Positions 47,494 through 57,032 of a DNA stretch of 64,000 bases are shown one piece after another. The translations under genes and the position numbers were made by a program. The notes under the pieces are model-generated. The model had not been told where the DNA came from, did not search any database, and was given only the letters and a program-made list of their open reading frames with translations. The stretch spans positions 4,896,001-4,960,000 of the forward strand of contig OY764216.1 in assembly GCA_963668315.1 (NCBI GenBank), given 5' to 3'. Positions within the stretch are counted from its first letter, which is position 1. Each line of letters opens with the position of its first letter. This stretch comes from Spirochaetia bacterium. GTDB lineage: Bacteria > Spirochaetota > Spirochaetia > DSM-2461.

Positions 47494-48528
47494 TTATTCG
47501 GCCGGCTCCTTCTCAAGGGCCTTCTGAAGCAGCACGGCCCCCAGAATCAGGATACCCTTGATAAGGTCATTGACGAAAGCCGGGACCTGAAAAGCGGAAA
47601 GAATAGCGTCTATAGCATAAAGAATAACCGCTCCGAAAAAGGCTCCCTGGATGCGTCCGCGCCCCCCGGACATGGACGTTCCCCCGATGGCGACGGCGGC
47701 GATGACATCGAGCTCGAACCCTTTGCCCGCCGTGGCGACATCGACCGAACCGAAGCGGGTAATATAGAGAAATCCGGCGGCCCCCGTGAGGATTCCCGTT
47801 ATCGTGAATATGGCGACTTTTACCAGTTTGATATTGATGCCGGTTAACCGTGAAGCCTTTTCATTCGATCCGATGGCATAAACATACTTGCCGAACTTCG
47901 TTTTGGTCATAACGAACCAGATAAAAAGGGTCATGGCGATAAAGATCAGGACGAGATAGGGAATCGGGCCGACCTTCCCGTATCCGATGGGCCGGAGAAT
48001 CTCAAAATAGGCGTCGTTATCCACGATCTGAGGGCCGCCGTGGCCGAACTGTATGGTTATGGAACGGTAACCGACCAGCGTTGCCAGAGTCACGATAAAG
48101 GCCGCGACTTTGGCGATACCGACGAATAGGCCGTTGAAGAGCCCCAGCAGAAACCCCATCCCCACCGTTGCCAGCAGGGTAAAGAAAATACTGTATGTCG
48201 AATTGAAGACAACCACGCCGATAGCCGCCGTGAGCCCCAGAATCGATCCGACGGAAAGGTCTATATTGCCCGAAATGATAACCAGGGACATTCCCAGTGC
48301 GATAATTCCGATAAAAACGGATGATTTCAACAGGTTGACCAGACTGGCCATGGAAAGAAACTGATCGCTGGCGATCCGCCCGATGATAAGCAGGAGAATC
48401 AGCGATAATATGTAATTGTGATCCACTACCAGTTTTTTTATCAGCAGAATAATCCTGTCGCCCACGGGGCTTTTGCCGATTACCGGTGATGTGTCCTCGG
48501 TTCCCTTCTTTTCTACCACATTACTCAT
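47494..48528 (-). CDS. Monosaccharide ABC transporter permease (RbsC-like)
   Basis: 'ISGNIDLSVGS', 'GKYVYAIGSNE.A' and 'ELDVIAAVAIGGTSMSGG.G' motifs. Confidence 0.92.
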   Translation of the reverse strand: MSNVVEKKGTEDTSPVIGKSPVGDRIILLIKKLVVDHNYILSLILLLIIGRIASDQFLSMASLVNLLKSSVFIGIIALGMSLVIISGNIDLSVGSILGLTAAIGVVVFNSTYSIFFTLLATVGMGFLLGLFNGLFVGIAKVAAFIVTLATLVGYRSITIQFGHGGPQIVDNDAYFEILRPIGYGKVGPIPYLVLIFIAMTLFIWFVMTKTKFGKYVYAIGSNEKASRLTGINIKLVKVAIFTITGILTGAAGFLYITRFGSVDVATAGKGFELDVIAAVAIGGTSMSGGRGRIQGAFFGAVILYAIDAILSAFQVPAFVNDLIKGILILGAVLLQKALEKEPAE

Positions 48529-48531
48529 AGT

Positions 48532-50031
48532 TTATTTCACCTTCTTATTTGACCCGGTTGCATAATACATCACGTCGAGTTCGTTTAATTCGCTTCGGGA
48601 GAACTCTCTGTTGATCTCCCCTTTATACATAACCAGACAGCGGTCGGCGATTTTATGAATCTCCGGATATTCCGAACTGAATACCAGCACGCTTTTCCCC
48701 TCCTCCGCCAGTTTGGTTATCAATTGATAAATCTCAAATTTTGCCCCCACATCGATTCCCTGGGTCGGATTGTCCAGAATATAGACATCCGAATCCAGGC
48801 CGAACCAGCGTGAGAAAATCACTTTCTGCTGATTTCCTCCGCTCAGGGAAGTTATTCTGTTATCCGGGTTGGCCGCCCTGATGTTGGTAATGCGTTTACT
48901 CGTTTCGTAACGGCGATTCTCTTCCCTGTCGCTTATGTAAAACTTTTTATGCTTGCAGGTAAAATACGCCATGGAGAGGTTGTCTTTAATGGAAAGGTCT
49001 TTGAGTATCGACCGTTCCTTACGGTTGCGGGGAACCATCGATACTCCCGATTTCATGATTTTAACGATGGATGATGACTGAATCTCTTTGCCTTTTAAAA
49101 TGATCTGACCGCCGGTAGCCTTCCGGGCGCCGAAAAGGCATTCGCTCAGCTCCCCTCTCCCGTCGCCGAAAAGGCCCGTGACGGCAACAATCTCTCCCTT
49201 GGACAAAGAAAAACTGATACCCTTAAAGTAATCACCATAGCTGAGGTCCTTTACTTCAAGAACAATCTCCTCTTTCTTCACCTCATTCGACTTCTCCACA
49301 ACTTCATGGGCCAGGCTCCTCCCGACCAGCATCTCCGTAATCTGCTGCTCATCCACATCGGTGAAATTACCGCTGGTAATGAACTTCCCGTCCCGCATGA
49401 CCGTATAGCGGTCGCAGATCTCAAACAGCTCGGGCATTTTGTGGGAGATGTAGATACAGCTGATTCCCTGGGACTTCAAGCCGCGCATAATCTCAAAAAG
49501 ATCGGCTATCTCCTCATTGGTAAGCGAAGTCGTCGGCTCATCCATAATGATCAGCCTGCAATCAAAAAGCAGGGCCCGGGCTATCTCTATCAGCTGCTTA
49601 CGGGACGTATCGAGGTCCCGCACATAGGCCGTCGGATCTATGTCGAGCTTCATTTTCTGCAGGATCTCCCATGACCGTCTTATCATCTCCCCTTTCTTCA
49701 GCACGATGCCCCCATAGGTGAGTTCATTGTGCAGAAAAAGGTTTTCGTAGACCTGCAGATCATTGACAAGATTCAGCTCCTGATGGATAAAACCAATGCC
49801 CAGGTGGGCCGATTTTATCGGTGTCAGGTGCGTGTGTTCCTCGCCGTTGATGACAATAGTGCCCGAATCCGGTCTGAGGATTCCCCCCAGCACATTCATC
49901 AGAGTCGATTTCCCGGCCCCGTTCTCTCCCAGTAGTCCGTGGATTTCAGATTCCCCCACAGTGAGAGAAACATCCTGAACGGCCTTGACGGCTTCGAAAC
50001 TCTTAAATATGTTCCTCATCTCTAAATGCAT
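48532..50031 (-). CDS. Monosaccharide ABC transporter ATP-binding protein (RbsA-like)
   Basis: 'GENGAGKSTL', 'MDEPT', 'LSGGNQQKV' and 'GIDVGAK' motifs. Confidence 0.94.
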   Translation of the reverse strand: MHLEMRNIFKSFEAVKAVQDVSLTVGESEIHGLLGENGAGKSTLMNVLGGILRPDSGTIVINGEEHTHLTPIKSAHLGIGFIHQELNLVNDLQVYENLFLHNELTYGGIVLKKGEMIRRSWEILQKMKLDIDPTAYVRDLDTSRKQLIEIARALLFDCRLIIMDEPTTSLTNEEIADLFEIMRGLKSQGISCIYISHKMPELFEICDRYTVMRDGKFITSGNFTDVDEQQITEMLVGRSLAHEVVEKSNEVKKEEIVLEVKDLSYGDYFKGISFSLSKGEIVAVTGLFGDGRGELSECLFGARKATGGQIILKGKEIQSSSIVKIMKSGVSMVPRNRKERSILKDLSIKDNLSMAYFTCKHKKFYISDREENRRYETSKRITNIRAANPDNRITSLSGGNQQKVIFSRWFGLDSDVYILDNPTQGIDVGAKFEIYQLITKLAEEGKSVLVFSSEYPEIHKIADRCLVMYKGEINREFSRSELNELDVMYYATGSNKKVK

Positions 50032-50089
50032 AAGATTTCCTATTCAAGAAAATGATAAGGCCGGCGCTTGAACACCGGCCGGTTCTTTT

Positions 50090-51097
50090 TTAATAGAATG
50101 AATAACGCAGAGTGTAGACGGGACCTTTCTCAAAGTCCTTGTAGTTGCTGTTATCAACCATTTCCGTGGGGACCAGGTGCATTCCGGAAACCTCTTTACC
50201 GTCGAGTACATCTATTCCCAGCTGGATAGCCTCCACGACCATGGCGGGAGAGAAGGAGAAGGTGACGATATCGATTCCCAGATCCTTGTAGTGGTCATAG
50301 ACATCGAGCAGTTCCCTCGGAGCGCTGACGGCGGAAACGAGTTTCACATTGAGTTTCGCATCCCCGTCGTATCCCTCGAGAGCGGCAAGAAGGCCGAATG
50401 CCACATCGGCGTCATGGTTGAAAATGGCCTGAATACTCTCCACCTGTTCCTTGGTGCTGGAGCTGAGGAAGGTCTCAAGCTGCGTCTGGGCCGTATCCTT
50501 GCTCCAGTTCGTCACGTAGTCGTTCACCCTGACGAAGTTGGGGTCGGCCGTTTTCCAGAATCCGTCGGAACGCTGCTTGGGCACGCTGGAGTTGTCCCCC
50601 TTGAACTCGAGCATATTCACCTTGCCCCTGGCGAGTTCATCCTTGAAGTACTCGTTGAAATAGAGCCCGGAATCTTCACCTATGGTGAAGTTGTCACCCA
50701 TGAGCTCGGCGGTCTCATCGAAATTATTGATAAGCCTGTCATAGATGATCAGGGGGATTCCCGCATCGGCGATAGTCTGGGCGGCGGACTTGAGCTCATC
50801 CCCGTTATGGGGCCAGAGGACGACAACGTCGGCGCCCTGGGAAACGACCGTATCGATCTGATTGGCCTGCTCGACCACATCATCGGAAACGAGGAATACC
50901 GGTTTGTAGCCCTTCGCCTCGGCCAGTTCCTTCGTCGCATGCTCCGCATGCTTGATACTCTCACCCAGGAAACCGTGGTCTGCACTGGGCATGATGACCG
51001 CCAGGGTTTTCGTACCGCTCTCCTTTCCGCCACTGGCGCACAGGAGGGACATGCCGGACACCATGACGACCAGCAAGAGAACCATGATTTTTCTCAT
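50090..51097 (-). CDS. Monosaccharide ABC substrate-binding protein (RbsB-like)
   Basis: Signal peptide, 'PSADHGF', 'GIPLIIYDR' and 'RSDGF' motifs. AAGGAG SD. Confidence 0.88.
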   Translation of the reverse strand: MRKIMVLLLVVMVSGMSLLCASGGKESGTKTLAVIMPSADHGFLGESIKHAEHATKELAEAKGYKPVFLVSDDVVEQANQIDTVVSQGADVVVLWPHNGDELKSAAQTIADAGIPLIIYDRLINNFDETAELMGDNFTIGEDSGLYFNEYFKDELARGKVNMLEFKGDNSSVPKQRSDGFWKTADPNFVRVNDYVTNWSKDTAQTQLETFLSSSTKEQVESIQAIFNHDADVAFGLLAALEGYDGDAKLNVKLVSAVSAPRELLDVYDHYKDLGIDIVTFSFSPAMVVEAIQLGIDVLDGKEVSGMHLVPTEMVDNSNYKDFEKGPVYTLRYSFY

Positions 51098-51149
51098 AAC
51101 TTACTCCTTTTGAATTTTTTCGGAATTCCTAACCTATATTTATTCAGCC

Positions 51150-52283
51150 TTATGCTGATAAATCCCCCATTTCCACAACAGGCAGTTTCTTCTCCCCGGG
51201 GAGCGTAAGCTGTTTCTGTCCTGTAAAGTGGTAGCCCTTCTCTTCGCTGAGAGGCCAGATAAGTGGTTTGATAAAGGAGAGACAGGCTTCAAAACCCTGT
51301 TCGATGGCCATTTCATTTTCTGTTCCCTTTGAATTCTGTCCTTCGTTCTCAATGGAAAAAGCTCCCGAATAATCGATTTTCATCAGATAGTCGAGAAAAG
51401 AACGCCAATCCATGGAGTCCGATCCGCCGAATCCGGGGACCATGGCTTCATAGGAGAAACGGTCCCATTCACTGGAAGGAACGGGAACCCCGGCGGCTTC
51501 GGCCAGTTCTCTGCCGACAAGCTGCTTGCCGAACACATGCCCCCAGTGGATGGCGCCGGAATCGTTCCTCATCCGGGATGTTTTCAGGTGGATCTGCTTG
51601 ATGCGGGACATATCGCTGTTCTTAAGGACATCCACCGGATCGAGAAACTGCCAGATGTCATGACTCGGATCGTAAGTCTCCCCGTGGGCGGGACTGGGAA
51701 TAAGATGATACATAAGCTTTCGGGCGGCCAGGGTGGACGTGAGGTTGTTCATGGTGCCGCTGTAACCGGCGGCCCTCCACCCTTCCATGGGGCAGTTCTC
51801 GTAGATTAGGGTAACGCCCAGATCCTCGGCATATTTCACGATGGGGCTGAAAACCCTTTTGTACTCGTAAAGATTCTTCTCAAAGGACCCTTCCTCCAGA
51901 TCCCATTGGTGGTTATAACCGACGAAAGTCCCCACCCTTATCCCGTTGGCGTCACCGCCCAGTAGCGCCGCGATACGAATCAGCTTGAGCAGGTGGTTCT
52001 GGTTTTTCAAGCGCTGGTCTTCTTCTCCCCCGATAAGGTTCTCGAACGCCCCGATGGAAAAACGCAAGCCCGCCTCATTAAACTTCTCCAGAGTTCTCTT
52101 CGCCCTGTCCGCATCGAAGTTATCGTATTCCAGATGGGTTGCCACGTGATCGGAACGGGTTCCGTCCCCTCTGAAAACGCACAACTCAAGCCCCTGCAGA
52201 CCAAGGCGGTCAGCTATTGCTATCAGCTGCTCCTGATCCTTACCGGGATAGGCCGAACTCATTAACCAAACGGGATTATTCAT
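51150..52283 (-). CDS. Xylose-isomerase-like TIM-barrel sugar epimerase/eliminase
   Basis: 'ENCPM', 'DPSH.IWQ..DPV', 'IHLK' and 'FSIENE' metal-site motifs. Confidence 0.78.
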   Translation of the reverse strand: MNNPVWLMSSAYPGKDQEQLIAIADRLGLQGLELCVFRGDGTRSDHVATHLEYDNFDADRAKRTLEKFNEAGLRFSIGAFENLIGGEEDQRLKNQNHLLKLIRIAALLGGDANGIRVGTFVGYNHQWDLEEGSFEKNLYEYKRVFSPIVKYAEDLGVTLIYENCPMEGWRAAGYSGTMNNLTSTLAARKLMYHLIPSPAHGETYDPSHDIWQFLDPVDVLKNSDMSRIKQIHLKTSRMRNDSGAIHWGHVFGKQLVGRELAEAAGVPVPSSEWDRFSYEAMVPGFGGSDSMDWRSFLDYLMKIDYSGAFSIENEGQNSKGTENEMAIEQGFEACLSFIKPLIWPLSEEKGYHFTGQKQLTLPGEKKLPVVEMGDLSA

Positions 52284-52294
52284 ATCTACTCTCT

Positions 52295-53452
52295 TTACAC
52301 AGCTGCGATATCGACCCAGCAGTTTTTTTCCACACTCTCAATAATAGCTTCGCATAAAACCATTTCCATCGTTCCGTCGGCCAGTGTCGGGTAATCGCCA
52401 TGACCTTCTTTCCCATCCAGAAGGTCCGAGTAAAACTCCCGGAGCATATGCCTGAACGTTTCCCCGTACCCTTCCTGGTGCCCGCCGGGAAATACCGACA
52501 TGGAGCCGGAGCGGTCATGGAGGAGGGAGGGATCTTTCATGAGGATCTCATTGGGACCATCCCTGTGGCCTATTTTCAGGTTGTTGGGAGACTCCGAATC
52601 CCACGTATAGGAGACGTCCTTTCCGAACTGACGGAATTCCATAAAGTTCTTATACCCCGCCGAAACCTGGCTGACCGTAAGATTTCCCATGGCCCCCGTA
52701 TCGAAGGAGAACATGATCTGGGCATAGTCTTCCGTATCCACATTGTAGGAAACGTAGGAGGATGAATCCGTTCCCTTTGTGAAAGTCAGGTTCCTCCCGT
52801 CGGCGCTTTTTTTTCGGGAATCATACATCCGCCCGAAACGCGCATAAACACTCCGGATCTTTAATCCCGTTATGTACTGGGCCAAATCCATCCAGTGGGT
52901 TCCGATATCGGCAACGGCCCTGGATTTTCCGCTTTTTGCGGACTCCAGCCTCCAGCTGTAATCGGTCTCATAAAGCAGCCAATCCTGAAGATAGGACCCC
53001 TGCAAAGCGAAGATCCCACTCTTTCCTCCCTCAAGGTTGCGGGCCCTGATCTCCTGAGCCATGGGGTAATAGCGCAGGTTATAGTTGACGGCCCCTTTGA
53101 GTTTCTTCTTCTCCGCCAGACGCATCAGCTCCCCCGCTTCGGCTGATGTCAGGGCAAGGGGCTTTTCGCATAACACGTTTTTCCCGCCCTCGAGGCACTC
53201 CTTGACCATGGGATAATGGAGAAAGTTGGGGGTGCAGATATGGACGACATCAATATCGTCCCTTTCTATTATGTCTTTGTAGTTTCCAGAGTGAAAAGGA
53301 ATATTCAATCGGGCGGCCGCCGATGCGGCATCTTCTTCGGATACCCCGGCGATAGCCTTCAGTTCAGACAGTTCAGGATTCCTTCTTATCGCTTCTGCAT
53401 GGACAGGACCGATAAAACCCGTTCCGATAATCGCTATTCGAAGTTTCTTCAT
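52295..53452 (-). CDS. Gfo/Idh/MocA family NAD-dependent oxidoreductase
   Basis: 'IIGTGFIG', 'CTPN..H', 'CEKPL', 'YLQDWL' and 'ADIGTHW.D' motifs. Start at ATG 53452. Confidence 0.92.
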   Translation of the reverse strand: MKKLRIAIIGTGFIGPVHAEAIRRNPELSELKAIAGVSEEDAASAAARLNIPFHSGNYKDIIERDDIDVVHICTPNFLHYPMVKECLEGGKNVLCEKPLALTSAEAGELMRLAEKKKLKGAVNYNLRYYPMAQEIRARNLEGGKSGIFALQGSYLQDWLLYETDYSWRLESAKSGKSRAVADIGTHWMDLAQYITGLKIRSVYARFGRMYDSRKKSADGRNLTFTKGTDSSSYVSYNVDTEDYAQIMFSFDTGAMGNLTVSQVSAGYKNFMEFRQFGKDVSYTWDSESPNNLKIGHRDGPNEILMKDPSLLHDRSGSMSVFPGGHQEGYGETFRHMLREFYSDLLDGKEGHGDYPTLADGTMEMVLCEAIIESVEKNCWVDIAAV

Positions 53453-53481
53453 ATAGCCTACCTCTGGTCTGTAATATATGT

Positions 53482-53535
53482 ATCTTAAGCCTATATATCC
53501 CATATGTCAACTTTTTTGTTTTATCATAGGACATA
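53482..53535 (-). promoter_or_regulatory. Promoter of the oxidoreductase/ABC operon with candidate ROK operator
   Basis: Minus-strand TTGACA (53505-53510), 17 bp, then TAAGAT (53482-53487). Imperfect palindrome TTTGTTTTAT-C-ATAGGACATA at 53515-53535. Confidence 0.5.
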
Positions 53536-53595
53536 TTTGTGCTATGATAGATTTATTGCTATTTTTTGGGAAAAAACGTATAGTTTAGTTTCTTT

Positions 53596-54810
53596 ATGAA
53601 CCAGAAAGATCTGATAACACCGAATACGACATCTCTTATCTATAATATTATCCGTCAGAACGGAGAAATCAACCGCATGGGGTTAACCCAGAAAAGCGGC
53701 GCCTCCAAATCGACCATCTCCCTGCAGATTAAGAAGCTTCTGGAGCTCGGGATGATTGAGGAGAAGATCCCCTCCGACAGCAGCCAGAGAAAACTCAAAC
53801 TGAAGATCAAGGAGGAGATCGGCTATGTGGCGGGTGTTTTCCTGGGTATTTCCAAGTTAAGCATTATCATTTTTTCTCTGGATATGAAAATCAAGTATGA
53901 GAAAATATCCCTGTTTGAGTCCATAGCAAATCCGGAGACGTGCAATAGGCAGATCATATCCCTCCTGAAATCCTTATGCGAAGAGAAGGGAATCAAGGAT
54001 CTGTGGGGAATCGGTATCGGTTTTCCCTTTCCGGTGAATTTTCCCGAAGGGAAGCCGGATTCCCCGCCCAACGTACCCCTGTGGGACGGATACCCCCTGA
54101 AGAACCTGTACGAAAAGGAGTTCGGCTGTCCGGTGCTGGTGGATAACGATGTGAATGTCATGGCCCTCGGCGAGGGCTATAAGGGGTGTACCGTAAACGA
54201 ATCGGACTTCCTCTTCATAAAGATCGGAACGGGCATAGGTTCGGGCCTTATCGTGGACGGGAAGATTTACCGCGGGGCCAATGGATGCGCCGGCGATATA
54301 GGCCATATCTCCGTAGACGGGAATTCCGTGGACTGTATCTGCGGGAACAAGGGCTGCCTGGAGGCGGTTGCCGGCGGCCGTGCCCTGGCGGCGAAGGCAC
54401 AGAAGCTGGCCGAAACCGGCGAGAGTCCTTTTCTGGCCGAACTCAGCAGGAATGTCCCCTCCCTTACCGCCGCCCATATAAACGAAGGGGCCATGTCGGG
54501 GGATCTGGCTTGTATCCAGCTGATAAGAGATACGGGAAGATTAATCGGCGAGGTTACGGCCAAGCTGGTGAATTTTTTCAATCCCTCCTCCATTGTTATC
54601 GGCGGCGGATTATCCTGCTTCGGAAACTTGTTCATCGGAGCCATACGGGAAACCATTATCCGCCGGTCACCCCATCTCGCCACCTATGAGCTCGGTATCT
54701 GCTTTTCAGAGCTCAAAGATAAATCGGGCCCCACCGGCGCGGGCGCTCTCATTCTCGACCATATCTTCTCCCCGGAGAATTTCGCCGAAACGGTAAGAAT
54801 CCACCTGTAA
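53596..54810 (+). CDS. ROK family transcriptional regulator
   Basis: N-terminal HTH, 'DNDVN.MALGE', 'GTGIGSG' and 'GDIGH......C.CGNKGCLE' motifs. Confidence 0.92.
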   Translation: MNQKDLITPNTTSLIYNIIRQNGEINRMGLTQKSGASKSTISLQIKKLLELGMIEEKIPSDSSQRKLKLKIKEEIGYVAGVFLGISKLSIIIFSLDMKIKYEKISLFESIANPETCNRQIISLLKSLCEEKGIKDLWGIGIGFPFPVNFPEGKPDSPPNVPLWDGYPLKNLYEKEFGCPVLVDNDVNVMALGEGYKGCTVNESDFLFIKIGTGIGSGLIVDGKIYRGANGCAGDIGHISVDGNSVDCICGNKGCLEAVAGGRALAAKAQKLAETGESPFLAELSRNVPSLTAAHINEGAMSGDLACIQLIRDTGRLIGEVTAKLVNFFNPSSIVIGGGLSCFGNLFIGAIRETIIRRSPHLATYELGICFSELKDKSGPTGAGALILDHIFSPENFAETVRIHL

Positions 54811-54908
54811 CTTTTTTCAGAGGGACTCCTTCCTTAAAGATGTAAATCTTGCTGAAATAGAAAAAATCGAGTAGCATGAGCCATCAATCCCCAAGGAGTA
54901 GTCCCCGA

Positions 54909-56678
54909 ATGTCAGTGAACAGACAAAATCCCGTACCCAGCGACATTGAGATAGCCCAGAGTGCGGTTCTGCAGCCCATAGAAAAGATTGCGGAGAAACT
55001 GGGAATTTCCCGGGAAGCGATTATTCAATACGGAGCTTATAAAGGGAAAATAGATCTCCACTCTTCCGAAGTGGAAGAGCTGCTGTGCAGACCCCAGAGA
55101 GCCAGATATATCGACGTGACGGCCATCACCCCCACTCCCCTGGGCGAGGGTAAGACGACAACCGCCGTGGGACTGACCGAAGGAATGGCCTACATAGGAA
55201 AGAAAGCCTCCCTGGCCATCCGCCAGCCCTCCATGGGGCCCACCTTCGGGATTAAGGGCGGAGCCGCCGGCGGGGGCTACAGCCAGGTGGTGCCCATGGA
55301 GGATTTCAACCTGCATCTGACGGGAGACCTCCATGCCGTCACCGCCGCCCATAATCTCTGCGCGGCCGCCATCGATGCCCGCATCTACCACGAAGAGAAG
55401 TGGAGCGACGCCTATTTTGAGAAAATCGGTCTGAAGAAACTGCACATAGACCCCCATCAGGTGACCTGGCGGCGGGTGATGGATATGAACGACCGGGCCC
55501 TCAGAAATATGATCACGGGCTTGGGTTCCTCCGCAGACGGCCCCATGGGGCAGAGCGGTTTCGATATTACCGCAGCCAGCGAGCTTATGGCGATTCTGGC
55601 CCTGTCCCGGAACCTCAGGGACATGCGGGAGCGGATAGGACGCATCATCATAGGATACAGCCGCCGGAAGGAGCCGGTAACCACCGAAGACCTGCAGGTG
55701 GCGGGCGCCATGACCGTCCTCATGAAGGACGCCCTGAATCCCAATCTGCTTCAGACAATGGAGGAACAGCCGGCCTTTGTTCATGCCGGACCCTTCGCTA
55801 ACATCGCCCATGGGAACTCCTCTGTCGTGGCCGATCTTATCGGGGCCCAGTGCAGTGATTATCTTATCACCGAATCAGGCTTCGGAGCCGACATCGGCAT
55901 GGAGAAATTCTTCCATATAAAATGCCGTGTCTCCGGGCTGACGCCCCATGCGGTAGTCCTGGTCGCCACGGTAAGGGCTCTGAAGATGCACGGCGGCGGT
56001 CCGAATATCGCTTCCGGCGGTCCCCTGGCCCGGGAGTACAGGGAAGAACACCTGGAACTTCTGGAAAAGGGCATTGAGAACCTGAAGGCCCATATCGATA
56101 TAGCCCGCCGCTTCGGGGTTCCCGTCGTCGTCGCGGTTAATGCCTTTTCCACCGATACCCAGGCGGAGTGGGATCTGATAAGGGAGAAATCCCTCGAGGC
56201 GGGAGCCTTTGACGCGGTGGTCACCCGCCATTGGGAAAAGGGAGGCGAAGGAGCGGCCCCACTGGCGGAAGCCGTCTGCAGGGCGGCGGACAGTCCCTCC
56301 GATTTCCGGTTCCTCTATACCCTGGATATGACGATAAAACAGAAGATCGAAATCATCTGCAAAGAGATTTACGGGGCGGCGGAAGTCACCTACAGCCATA
56401 AGGCCGAAGCCAGAATCGCCCAGTATGAAAAAATGGGCTACGGGAACTTTCCCATCTGCATGGCCAAAACGCCCCTGTCCCTGAGTCATGATCCCCATCT
56501 GAAAAACAGGCCCCGGGGATTCACCTTCCCCGTTGAAGACCTCCGTCTCAGCGCGGGAGCGGGCTTTATCTACCCCCTGACCGAAGAGATCCGAACCATG
56601 CCGGGACTGCCCAGCAAGCCGGCTTTCATGGGGGTCGATCTGGATAGGGAGACAGGAAAGATACGGGGACTTTTCTAA
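54909..56678 (+). CDS. fhs: Formate--tetrahydrofolate ligase
   Basis: 'TPTPLGEGKTT', 'GIKGGAAGGGYSQV.PME.FNLHLTGD', 'HAGPFANIAHG', 'GFGADIGMEKF' and 'TMPGLP' motifs. Confidence 0.95.
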   Translation: MSVNRQNPVPSDIEIAQSAVLQPIEKIAEKLGISREAIIQYGAYKGKIDLHSSEVEELLCRPQRARYIDVTAITPTPLGEGKTTTAVGLTEGMAYIGKKASLAIRQPSMGPTFGIKGGAAGGGYSQVVPMEDFNLHLTGDLHAVTAAHNLCAAAIDARIYHEEKWSDAYFEKIGLKKLHIDPHQVTWRRVMDMNDRALRNMITGLGSSADGPMGQSGFDITAASELMAILALSRNLRDMRERIGRIIIGYSRRKEPVTTEDLQVAGAMTVLMKDALNPNLLQTMEEQPAFVHAGPFANIAHGNSSVVADLIGAQCSDYLITESGFGADIGMEKFFHIKCRVSGLTPHAVVLVATVRALKMHGGGPNIASGGPLAREYREEHLELLEKGIENLKAHIDIARRFGVPVVVAVNAFSTDTQAEWDLIREKSLEAGAFDAVVTRHWEKGGEGAAPLAEAVCRAADSPSDFRFLYTLDMTIKQKIEIICKEIYGAAEVTYSHKAEARIAQYEKMGYGNFPICMAKTPLSLSHDPHLKNRPRGFTFPVEDLRLSAGAGFIYPLTEEIRTMPGLPSKPAFMGVDLDRETGKIRGLF

Positions 56679-56718
56679 GTGTTCACCGTTGTACTGAATT
56701 TTTCGAAGGAGTAAGAAA

Positions 56719-56994
56719 TTGGAAGGAAAAGGAATAATAACCGTTGTCGGCAAGGACAAGGTGGGAATCATCTATTCGGTCACGAAAGTTCTGGCCGAGA
56801 ACAGGGTAAATATCGAAGATATCAGTCAGACGATTCTCCAGGATTACTTTACCATGATGATGCTGGTTAACCTCTCGGAAGTGAAATGTGAATTTCTGGA
56901 GCTTCAGAACAGGCTGGAAGAACTGGAAAAGGAACTGGGACTCTCCATCAAAATCCAGCGGGAAGAGATTTTCAATTACATGCATGAGATTTAA
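56719..56994 (+). CDS. ACT-domain protein (UPF0237)
   Basis: '[13 protein letters not shown]', 'NIEDISQTI...YFTMMM' and 'IF..MH.I' motifs. TTG start with AAGGAG SD. Confidence 0.9.
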   Translation: MEGKGIITVVGKDKVGIIYSVTKVLAENRVNIEDISQTILQDYFTMMMLVNLSEVKCEFLELQNRLEELEKELGLSIKIQREEIFNYMHEI

Positions 56995-57032
56995 TTCTCA
57001 CCGGTAGAAAGAAAAAGAGCGGGAGGCGCACA

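Noticed and set aside
54811..54908. Possible ZTP or THF riboswitch upstream of fhs
   Set aside because: The region is short and explained by a promoter (TTGCTG-17-TAGCAT) and an SD. No aptamer motifs are visible.
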